Shown: piece by piece, positions 52,959 to 64,000 of the stretch
Numbering within the stretch: the first letter of the stretch is position 1
Layout: every line of letters starts with the position of its first letter
Source of the DNA: Octopus sinensis
Lineage: Eukaryota
Direction: 5' to 3'
NCBI RefSeq assembly: GCF_006345805.1
Contig: NC_043002.1
Location: 48,546,001 to 48,610,000 of the forward strand
Length of the DNA stretch: 64,000 bases
The notes under the pieces: generated by a model
Seen by the model: only the letters and a program-made list of their open reading frames with translations
The model's database searches: none
What the model was told of the DNA's origin: nothing
Translations under genes and position numbers: made by a program

Positions 52959-53179
52959 ATATATGGTGGGGGTGACTCTTTACATTAATACATTTGCTTG
53001 TTCTTCATACACCTGTCTACGTTTTTTTTATTTTTCTATAAATTTCAACTATATATATATATATACATGCAACACTGTTCCCTGTTTCCCTATGCACAAA
53101 AAAGAACACTGGAAAACAATTCTGAATTTTGAAGTTGAATGGGTCGTATTAAAATTGTGGATAAAAGTTTATTCTCTCA

Positions 53180-55840
53180 TGAAATAACATCTCGATAACG
53201 TGAAAAATGATTCTGGAAGAATATCATATTTAGCTCTGTTCGAGTAGAATTAATCTATTCATTTATGCTTTCTACTATTTGCCAGAAATTGCCACATAGC
53301 ATTTACAAGGTCTAATATTTTGTCGTCGTATTTACTTCTGCTCAAGATCAAGCACATCGAGGGAAAATAGCAAAAACATTTTGCTATGTTAATATTGATT
53401 TTTAGGAGAAAATATTTTTTAAAGAGGAATCTTTTCAATTTATCCAATTAAAACGAAATGATGCTAAAATCAAGGTGGTAGTAATTTTCTAAGAAGTTGG
53501 AGACAGAAAGCCGTTAGAAGACTGTCGACCTCAATGCTATGACAATGCTGTCGTTCTAGCTGGCAATAAAAATAATGTTCAACATAGAATTCATAAAGAA
53601 ACTTGCCAAGCTATTTTTGTAGACTGTGATAATATTTTTTTATGTTTGATTGAAGTCCTTGCTGATGACATGATCTGTAGAGGCTAAATTCTTTTCAGCG
53701 CAATAGAGTTTATTTTTTTAATTCATTTTTCCATTCAAATCTCCGAAGAGAAAAGTTGGAAAATATCATACCAGTAGTTTCCAGATCAATGTCTAAGCTC
53801 AGTGGAATTCCGGAACGAAGGCTGTGAAATAATTTTGTAAATATTTTGATATCATACAGGAATTTTTGAAAAGCATGATTCACGCTCAAAATCAAACCAC
53901 TTAACGCTGCAATAGAAAGCAGGTTTTGCATCAAATTTTGGCTTTTAATTTTTGTTGGTGTTGCTTGGATTTAGAATCAAAATCTTATATGGATTGACTG
54001 AGTAAAAAGTAATCATGGTGCTACTTGGGATTTTCAAAAGTCAAACTTCTTTTTAAGCTGTCAAGAATCCTTAATAAAGTGGATCACTTAAAATTTAGAT
54101 AAATTATATGAAGAACGGGATATTGAAGCAAACATTAGCTTTTTCTACATAGGAACAATCCAGAGGTACGCATTTCTCCCATCGTTTGATGCAGTTCTGG
54201 AGACCGTTTTCGTAGAAGACCCCAGCTTGGTCCTCCAACCACGACGTGACTTCAGAAATCAAGGCTGCATCATCTGGGAAACGCTTTCCTTTCAAAAACA
54301 ACTTCATGGCCGGGAAGAGGTGAAAATCAGAGGGTGCAAGGTCAGGAGAGTAGGGGGATGGGGGAAGAGTTCATAGCCGCACGCCTGTGCTTCTGATCTG
54401 GCGACACGCGAGTTGTGGACCGGAGCGTTGTCCTGCAGGAGGAGGATGCCTTTGCTGATCTTGCCCCGCCTCTTGGTTTCGATAGCTTCTCTTAATTTCC
54501 TCAAAAGTGAAACATGATAGGCTCCTGTAATTGTGGTACCCTTTGCCAGGAAATCTGTCATCACTACTCCGTCCTGGTCCCCGAAGACTGTGAGCATGAC
54601 CTTGCCAGCGGAGGGCTGCACCCTTGCCTTCTTTGGAGGAGGTGAGTCATGGTGCTTCCACTGCATTGACTGGGCTTTGGTCTCTGGATCATAGTGATGG
54701 ACCCAGGTCTCATCCTGTATAATCAGTCTTTTGAAAAATTTTGACTCATCTTCTTGGCACATCCCTAAATTCTTGCTTCTGGAATTCTTGCGTTCTTGCT
54801 TCTGGAAAAGTGTGAGCAACCTGGAAATCCATCTGGCAGACACCTTTTGCATATGCAAATGGTCATGAATGATAGTTTCCACAGACCCGGTACTAATCTT
54901 GACCTCATGGGCTATTTGGCGAATAGTTATGCGTCGATCTTCCAAAATGGCAGCCTCAACTTGACGGACAGATGCCTCATCAATGGCAGAAGGGGTGCGA
55001 CCAGATCTGGGAGCTGTTTCCACAGAGTTCCGACCATGTTTGAATTCACGATGCCAGCGTTTTACAAGGTCATATGATGGGGCATCATCACCATAAGTTA
55101 CTTTCATTTCATTAAAAGTCTCCTGTGGTGTGCGTCATTTCAAATACAAAAACCGGATCACTGCTCGACACTTAACATGCTTCATTTCCCACTTGACTCA
55201 TTTCAAACACCTGTACATCAGAAACCACAATTAGTTCAGAGCTGTAATTTGCCACTTAATTTATAGAGATATCAATAATTGCACATGCAAAATTTCAGCT
55301 AGATCAAACAAAGGCAAGTGGGTCAGAGGCATTATTTATTGAACACCCCTCGTAGAAGAAACAAAAATCTGGTGAAAAAGCCAAGGACGTGGAGTTAAAT
55401 GCGAAAAAGAAATAATAAATAAGAAAGGATTTATTGATTTTCTCCATAAATTGGGTTCAAAATTTCGTATGAGTTACTTTATAATCTAGATGAATGCAAA
55501 AGCATCCGTAATATCAATGCATTTTTAAAATGATGTCCAAATACTAATATAGACGGTTTTCAGCTTTCTGAAAAAGTTTGGAATTGTAAGATGTTTTTTG
55601 GAAACATTTACATTACTAAACCGAAGAAGTCGTGTCTATTTTCTGCTAAATTTAAGAATAGTTATTCAGATAATATTCACTAATGCAATGTTATTTGCTA
55701 ATTGTGCGCGATCTTTCAGCAAACTAAAACCAATCAGTATTTAAAATTTTCATGGAAGCGAAGACTGTGAACTTTCAACGTGCTCAACATTAAACTTGAA
55801 TTGAGTGAAAACACAAAATTGATATTATTGAAGCCTTTGA
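53180..55840 (+). pseudogene. hAT (Tip100/ZMYM1-like) transposase remnant interrupted by a mariner
   Basis: DCRPQCYDNAVVLAGNKNNVQHRI at ~53520-53590; CARSFSKLK dimerisation-domain relic at ~55700-55730. Confidence 0.7.
54100..55352 (-). mobile_element. mariner (D,D34D) element; one frameshift; 3' TIR not seen
   Basis: 5' TIR TA|cgaggggtgttcaataaat; ORF 54304-55107 with DETWVHHYDPE and QDNAPVH, continuing out of frame with YSPDLAPSDFHLF and ORF 54104-54307. Confidence 0.93.
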
Positions 55841-55899
55841 ATAGTCAAAATTAACCTTTATTGAGGCTAATCAACCCCAGCCAAATCAGAAATAGTCCA

Positions 55900-57360
55900 G
55901 TAAAGATATTTTCAGGAAAATCTATTATTAAATAAGGGAACCCACCGAATTAGCTTTCCAAGTTCGATGGTTTTCCTGATGTAACCATGAAGAGGTTAAT
56001 GATTGGGTTGAGAAAATTACAAATAAACTCCAGGCCAGAGTCACGCAACTTGATATTGTAGACTTTTATGCCACCATCTCCAAAGCACTTTTAATTAGAG
56101 TACTTAACTTTGCTGGCAGATTTCCCATTATAAATGACAATGATATTGAAATAATTAGGCATAACTGGCTTTCTTGATTCAGAGCGAGATTTCATCATAA
56201 GAGTATTTCTCATATTTACAGTACTGCCTAATTACATGGACTTTTCCATGCTAGAAGGACACTGCTACTTGGCAAGTCTCTGAATGGCTCAAAGGATCTT
56301 ACATAGACAACTTCTATGTGTTCATGGAGTTGTTTGATGGGACAGACGTACACAGCCTGATTGGTGCATTTCTGCTTGCTAGGGGGGATATTCCCCGCTG
56401 TGTCCTTTGGAATATACAGAAATGACGTCCTAACACTCTTCAAGAACACAAATAGTTCTGTCTTACATTGTTTAAAGAAAGACATTATCCAGACATTTAA
56501 GTCCTTCGGTCAAAAGATTCTTGTCGACACCATCCGAACTGTTGACAATTTTCTAGATGTGTCACTTGACTTACAACCAGAATCCACTCGTCTTGCATGA
56601 AGTTAAATGACAGGATAGGCTGCTTCAAATCAATCTTACCCCGCCAATCTTTAAAAACTTAGTTTTAAAATATTAGTAAAAGAATCTCTAATCCCTTTTC
56701 CAGTAAGGAACGTTTTGACAAAGCAACCATTCCTTTATAACGACGCTCTGATAGCAAGCAGCTTTTCGAAAAAAAAATAGATTTACCCCTAGCACAGTAC
56801 CACTTAGACGAAGAAGGTACCGGGACGTCATCTGGTTCACACCCATTCCTTTATTCTACAGACATTGCAACCAACATAGGCACAATCTTCCTTGCTAAGT
56901 ACAGCAGAGAAAACTTTTCAGTAGGCACAATTAGTTTTAGTTGCAGTCCCAACTTCAAAAACATATACGTCACTTAGAGATACCGACTGTTCTTGGAAAA
57001 AATAGAAAACTGAGCCCACTGAATGAAACTCATAATACTGAAGGTATAATTTATGAAGCATCAGGTGGAGAAAATATCACACCATCTGCAATAACATGTA
57101 CGTGTAGCTTACGGAAGGTAACTTTAAAGCAAGGTGTAATAACTATAACCGCTTTAGAAACTGGAATAAACTCAACACCACAATGCTCTCCAGCTACTTC
57201 TGAGATATGAACAGAGGTTCACCAACCATTTCATCAACTAGAAGATCCTAAAATGGTATAAATCTTACACCAGAAGGTGCAGGTTCTGTAATGTACAAAG
57301 TGGCTTATTTTGGAATCTTTAGGAAGATGACCATACACCACTAAATACATCCTCAAATTT
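55900..57360 (+). mobile_element. Penelope-like element (RT plus GIY-YIG), decayed
   Basis: LDIVDFYATIS, FGIYRNDVL, NFLDVSLDL, FSCSPN, EGIIYEAS. Confidence 0.75.
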
Positions 57361-59579
57361 TGATTTCTCACTATACATTATCGGCAAGAGCCTCTATGAC
57401 TTTACATTTTATACTAATTACTACCATTTTTATTATTTTTATTAATTTTATTTAATTTTATTAATTTGAGTAAATGCTATTAATCTTATAAGGTTATGTA
57501 AAATTATGTACGTGTGTACTTGGATACAAGTGTATGGGGGTATGCCTGTCTATGTGTACGTGTACATATGTGCGCACTTACAGTTATGTACGTGCATATA
57601 TACATTTCATAAACAAACTCTTTGTTCAGTTTAGTTATGTTTGGGGCGTATTTGACCTTTTAAAAGCCCATTTTCACTACAGTTCGATCTGGTTTCCCCA
57701 AAAAAGGTTTAAGCTAAGAGCATTAGACCCCTTTGTAAGAAATCTAGCGACAAAAAAGGAGAACAAGGTACACAATTATAAATACAAACAATATAACAAC
57801 AGGTGTCTTTCGACTGAGAACAAATCAAATTGAGCTGGTGTATATGAAGTGAAAGCCGAAAGGCAGGAACATAGGAGATGAACATAAGATGTGTTGGCGG
57901 TTGGCAGTTAGGCCAAGAAAGAAAGATCATGGCTGGCCGGACACTGGTCACGTAGGAGGAGAGAGGGGTAGGGGCAGCAGGATTGAAGGATTACAAAAAA
58001 TTCAAGACTCACGCATACACACGTGTTTTTCACTTGTCATGAAATATAGTTTTTTAATAATATTTTAGAGTTATTACTTCAAGTAACATGTTTTCGTGTC
58101 ACAACAGAATTTAGAATTGTAAAGAGCAGTTTTTATATGGACTATTTATTGATTTACACTGTTTACAGTGAAAGCGGTTTTACCTTTACTACGCTCCTGG
58201 AGATAAACGAATAGGCTACCTTGAGTACATCACTAATACTTATCTTAGTACTTCTCTGGAAGGATAAAAAGTAGAATTGACTGATGTAGGATGCGAAATC
58301 ACAGCATACATAGACATAATCAAATGACTTAAGGTATTTAGTATGACATTTTGCTATTTTTGCTAGTCCACCCCGCTATTGATTTACATATTAATTCTGT
58401 ATATCAAATGGAATTACGATTAGGAATTAAGATATTAATCTTGTATTTACAAAGAGGAACGAGTTTGGAAAGTTGGGATAATGTGTATAAATAAATAAAA
58501 AATCATGTATTCTGCTGCCGTTGTCATTAAGTCTCACACTGAGATGACGTATGTATGTGAAGTAGTGAAACAGTAATATTCAGATTTGGTTTTAATATCT
58601 AGTATAATCTTTGGAAGCTGTTGTACGAATGAAAACGTTATTATTAAATAGAAGTCCCTGATTAATGCTACAGAACCTTTCTTGACTTTTCAGCTTATCT
58701 CTTGGTAAAATCCAATAATTTCACACATTCAGTTCGTTAGGTCAATTAAACAAGATTAAAATTATCGTTCCAGGCCAGAAGGTGTAAATCGGTGATCATT
58801 TCACCCAATAAGAGACCAGACAGGAAACACAGTAAAATGGAATTCGATATTAAAATAGGAATTAGAAGAGATAATACGAAAGACAATCTAGCATATAAAT
58901 TAGAACGAAAGCTGGATTTACTCTACAAGCATGTAAGAATATATGTGACTTCAGAAAACTAACTAATTTGTGGATGGCAGCTGAGTTCTATAAACAAATC
59001 GAACAAATAATAAATCTACTTCTTATCGCCGCCATCGAGTCACTTCTGCAAACATCCGACATTAGACATCTTAGCAGACATTTTCATTTTGGAATTCGAT
59101 ACATGTACATGTTTCTCTCAAACAAAATTAGAAATAAAACATATAATTAATTTGTTATCTTCCTAATGATCATCTCCTTTACTATAATAGCAGTGACACT
59201 TGAAATCTTAGCCAGTAAGAATTGTTCTTTTTATGTTTATTTCTCTTAATGTTAGGGAAAATGTATGCAAATATTATGAAGCAGAAATATCACTACTACT
59301 ACTACTACTGTATTATTTCTGCAATATAGAAATTATTTAATTATCATTTATCTTGTTTTATTTACATAATGTGTGAACTGTTTAATTTAATATATAAAGA
59401 ACTTGAGTTAGCTTTCAGTTTAAGTAAAAACGGGTCACAACTGTGGCACTTTGGTCTTTGTTGACCAAACATACTCAGTAAACTTTAAATCAAAACAGCA
59501 GCAGTTTTGATTTATCTGATGTCGATAATGTAAAGTTTTAGTTCTGCAACTTGCACACCAATAATGTAGAAAGACAATG

Positions 59580-59730
59580 GACTTACAGAATAGAGTATGT
59601 GACACAATGCATTACAGTATTTCGATACGACCCCACGTTCTGAATTCAACTCCGTCTGAGTTTGAATTTACCTTTCATTCTTCCAGAGTCGATAAAATAA
59701 AGGATCAATCAAGTACTGGGGCGGTACATA
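59580..59730 (+). mobile_element. SINE fragment (Deu/Nin-like domain)
   Basis: gttctgaattc..tacctttcattcttccagagtcgataaaataa..tactgggg. Confidence 0.55.
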
Positions 59731-61799
59731 TCTATATGATGCGTTTGTCATGTGAATGTTATAGTTACTGAAAATTAAGAAGACTCTTGCTCGAATTCAC
59801 ATTCTTTTCTAAGTTGTATCTGCTACATATTTTCTGTTACAACTTTTCATATTCCAATTTATATTCTGCACCCTAGGCTAACTAGAGAATGTACACCCAC
59901 ACACACGCACACACACTCACATACACACACACATACACACACACACACACTCACATGCACACACACACACACACACACACATAAATTAACATTCAAACCA
60001 ACATTTTCATAGATTAATTATTAATACGAATATGCCTTTCGTGAGCCATATGTTAATACTATAAGAAGTAGTTAATTTAGTTAATTTATTATTCAACAGT
60101 TTTCCATCAAAAGAGATTTTACATTCTCAAATTCTGAATTGTAAAACTTATGGTTCTTTTTTTTTGCAATTCTTTAAAGTTTTATATTTATTATTTGCTT
60201 CCACAAAAAACGGCAAATGCCTTTTTCCATTGGCGGTTTTTATATTCATTGTAAATATTCATAAGTTTATATTTTTTGCATACATTGCTTTATTTTTAAA
60301 TTTCATTATATTCAGTTTTATGACTATAATCTGAAAGTGTATTGATAATTGTTAGGGAAACATTGATAAATATACCACCGTTTACTCCACCCAATAATGC
60401 ATCAATAAATAATAAAAGGAAATGTCAACAGAATGTCATGAACATTCTAGAAGCCAATCGCTGTCTTACACGTAGTGAATCTTTAATGAAGCTACGTCAA
60501 TTGATAAATATCAAATGTCGTTAATATCAAGTCATGCGGAGGGACGTGCAAACGATTCTAATGTTATCCAATAGTAGAGCTCTTTAGAGAGTTTGAAGTG
60601 GCAAACTACTTTACGTCTATGTTGAAAGAGTTATTGGTAACCAAGAATATTAATCTGAATAGCTGTACCGGTGGGAAAGACTGGAAACAATCGATGTCAG
60701 TACGTGTTCTTTCGATAAATTCGTTTATGAAATGAAATGCGTTACATATTTAGGTTAGGACAGACATTTAGATCATAATGAAAGTTATATAGGATTCCGT
60801 GTTGTTACTGGGTAATAGTTTTCTATAGGTATTTCGATTTCATTGAAAACAGCAAAGAAATATTCCACATGAAAACGTTTGGATTTCTCTTGAAAAGTTA
60901 TTGGAAAAAGTTATTGCATGTCATTGAAATACCTATATGTTACTACTCTTTAACGTTCTGAATTGTCGCTTGGGAATTGGAAGATAAAGGCATACAAGTT
61001 CTTGCAAATTGCGAAATATCTTGGTGTTTGTCATTTATCTTCACCTTCCTTTGATTGTATTAATTCACTTTTGAAAGAAAACAATTTGTTAACTTACAAT
61101 TTCATCTGTCCTGTATAGTACAATTCTCAAATTCCTCCGTCAATTAATGTAATATATATCTTCAGAATAGAAGGAAATATAATTTAACTGTTAATCTAAC
61201 CTCAAATTATAAATGAGAATTTCTACATAGTCCTATTACTCCAATATCTTCGTCCTTATTCGTCACTTTCGTAACTCTACTTCCACTTCCTCACAAGGGC
61301 AGAACTCATATAGATTATCTTTTGGAATCTATGACTGAAGGCTGATCATACCTGAAAAAAAATAACAAATCAGTTGCTAAGAATAGATTTTAAACACTGA
61401 AAAATTTTAAGTCGACTTCTAGTCATAAAATTAAACAATTTAGTACAGAATCAAAGGTAAATATGTGAAAATTATTTCACCCAAGATTAGTTTAGTAAAC
61501 TGTTTTTTTTTTTTACTTCGAGAAGTTGAACAATACCCAATAAAAGAATATGCAGTCTTCTACTTAGTGATTAGAGAGAAATATTTAGATTGTTGCATAA
61601 GCACTTTGGGAATTAGTACCAAGAGAATTTATAAATATATTCTAACATATAAGAAACAACTTAAATATTAAGATACTTGGAATACTATTCAACACATTTT
61701 ATCCGTAATCGGGGCATTTTATTTATAATAATTTTTTTCTGGATGGTAAGAAGCTTGCTTCCGGTATATGGTTGTTCCGTTGCATTGTTAGATTTGCTT

Positions 61800-63398
61800 G
61801 ATACACGCGATGTTTTTTCACTGTCCTGGCGGAGCGACGTTTTTTCTCTTGTATAATGGAGGAACGTCGAGCGAGAAGTTGGGAGAAGTTGAGGTATTCT
61901 TCCCTAGAATGTCATTCGTCCGAGGAGGAATTAGTTGAATATTTAAACAAGATAGACAAGGAAATGGAGAGGAGGAATTATGCAGCGGCGGCTAGAGAAA
62001 AAATTGAAGAAGTGAACCTGGAAGAGTTGAGTAAGTTCAAAGAAATGCTTGAAAGGGAGAGGAACGAGTTGAAGGTCCCTCCTCAAAAAAGAAAAAGACA
62101 ACGAAGAACGAACAATTCTATACAGAGCTTATGCCACAGCAACAAGGAAAAATTGAAGTGATGTCAGAAGCACAGGTGGAAAAGGCACTGAGGTCAGTCT
62201 AGCAGGAGATAGCATATCTTGCCAGGTGTCGAAAATATGGAACGGTGGAGGTGCAGTTTAAGGAGATAGCAACTGCCAGACTGTACTCGGACACACCGCT
62301 GAAAACAGATGAGGTTGTACTACTCGTGTACTTTGGGAGACGTGCTTCCAGGGTTCGGGTGGATGACATACCACCAGAAGTCAATGTGGCCTAGCTAGTG
62401 GCTGCCATACTGCTGAGAATGGAAGAGAAGGTGGTGGTCCTGGGCCACCAAAACGCCCCATAGGCATTGGAAGGGACAAACTCTTGAAATGGTGGTACAA
62501 ATTGTGGAGGAGGACTTGGAAAAAATGGTCAAATGCATCACAGTGGGAGAGTTGACTTCAAAGGTTAGTGGAAAGGTTATAAAAGTGGCCTGAAAGGCCA
62601 CATTAGAGCGGAGTGTCCTCTAGAAAAGAACAAAGAGAGACAGGAGGAAAAGGTGGTCGGTGTTACACTGCCTGCGGAGGAAAAAATAAGTGAGGTGGAA
62701 CCACAGAAGAAGACGGGCACCAGTGTCGAGAAGGAGGAAGAATTAAATACCAATTGGGAAATGGTGGAGAAAAAGAGCAGGACGAGAAGGAAAAAGACAA
62801 CCCCCAACCCACACCCACCCGGCTCTTACCCACACCCATTCTACCTCAAATACTCCCTACAGACACCAACCCTTTCCATGCTCAGTCTGACAAAAAATAC
62901 AATGGCAAACACACAGGAGCTTCAAAACTACCCACTCCCGCCCTGTAATGGAAAAGTTTTTTTTAATGTATAATGGACAGATTGAGAAACTGGATAAGGA
63001 AGTAAATTAGTGGGACAGAATAGTCAAGGATACAGCAAGTGTAAGGGGTTTGCCCGAGAACGATTATTGTGCATAGACGGACCTGGAGAACTTGTGGAAA
63101 GTGCATAGGTATATAGAGAACTGTGACTATAAATGGTGGGCCAATAAAATAAACACCAGGACAATGCCGAAAAAATAAGGTATGTGGACATTTAAAAAAT
63201 ATAATATAAACATTTTGGAAAAAGGATGGATTAACTATTATGTAAATAATTATGTGGTGTTGCTACAGGTACAATGAAGTCGCTCGGAGGTGGGGCCGAG
63301 CGACTTCATTTCATCTTTCATTGTATAATTTCATTCATTTCATTCGTTTTGTTTTTTGTCCCCACCATGTGTAAGGCCTTTATGGCCATAAAATAAAA
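61800..63398 (+). mobile_element. L1/Tx1-like ORF1-only element (broken ORF1, structured 3' UTR, A-rich tail)
   Basis: ORF1-like frames KYGTVEVQF, GRRASRVRV, knuckle GLKGHIRAECP; ends ataaaataaaa with no ORF2 seen. Confidence 0.6.
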
Positions 63399-64000
63399 TG
63401 TGTGATAGATGTGCTTTTTGGCTGTGCGTGCTTGTTGGCAGCGCGATGTTTTTCTCTTCTATGATGGAGGGGCATCGAGCGTTGAGTTGCGAAGGATTGA
63501 GTTGTTTGGTGTCAAACATGGAAAGTTACCCGTCCTCGGACTTTGTGTCGTAGGAGGAGGAAATGCTAGAGTACCTCAAGAAGAAAGACAAGGCAATGAA
63601 AAATAGAAGTTACGCCGCGGCGACAGAAAAAAGGTGCGAAAGGCTGGAAGATGTAAGCAAGAATAAGGGAATGCTGAAAAGGGAGGGGAACGAAGTGAAG
63701 GCGTCCCACCACCACGAAAAAGTCTTAAAGAAAACAGCGGAAAGAACGGCAGTTTATAGGACGTACTCGGTCACAGCTGGAAAGATTGAGAACATGTCCA
63801 CGGTACAGATAGAAAAGGCGTTTAGACCTGTCAGGCAAAGGATTTCGTACCTTGCCAGAGGTAAAAAATTTGGAACGGTAGAGGTGGAGTTCGAAAAGAT
63901 AGCTACTGCCAGGCTGGATTCGGTAACATCGTTGAAAACGAATGAGGTAGTTCTTCTACCTGTATACCTTGGGAGACGAGCCTCTAGAGTTAGGCTGGAG
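63399..64000 (+). mobile_element. second, diverged copy of the same ORF1, running off the window edge
   Basis: EEEMLEYLKK..YAAA..IEKAFRPVRQRISYLARGKKFGTVEVEF..YLGRRASRVR, homologous to 61856-62370. Confidence 0.75.

Noticed and set aside
60655-60705. CUGAAUAG...GAAACAAUCGAUGUC
   Set aside because: The core has G8-to-U, and stems I and II do not pair.

Overview
Eukaryotic, AT-rich, repeat-dominated window with no recognisable intact host gene. The (TACA)n/(TA)n/(ATT)n/(GATA)n microsatellite load and the tRNA-derived SINE types look like an octopus (coleoid cephalopod) genome; this is an inference, not a database result. Most of the sequence is decayed mobile DNA: a Ty3/Gypsy provirus with both LTRs, RLE-type (R4/Dong, HERO-like), RTE, CR1 and L1/Tx1-like LINE pieces, several Penelope-like elements (PLEs), hAT, mariner, Tc1/pogo, Merlin and Helitron-type remnants, and SINEs. 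The main result is a set of self-cleaving ribozyme motifs. A near-identical head-to-tail array of ~609-bp non-coding units (47.3-50.5 kb) carries a canonical type I hammerhead in each of five copies, which is a retrozyme-like architecture predicted to yield ~610-nt monomer or circular RNAs. Further hammerheads lie in a 506-bp-period element (29.8 kb), a 298-bp palindrome (30.7 kb) and at 51.4 kb, relic hammerheads sit at PLE ends, and a candidate HDV-like ribozyme lies at the 5' end of an RTE fragment (13.1 kb). All folds and translations were done by eye. Boundaries of degraded fragments are approximate, and no activity is demonstrated.
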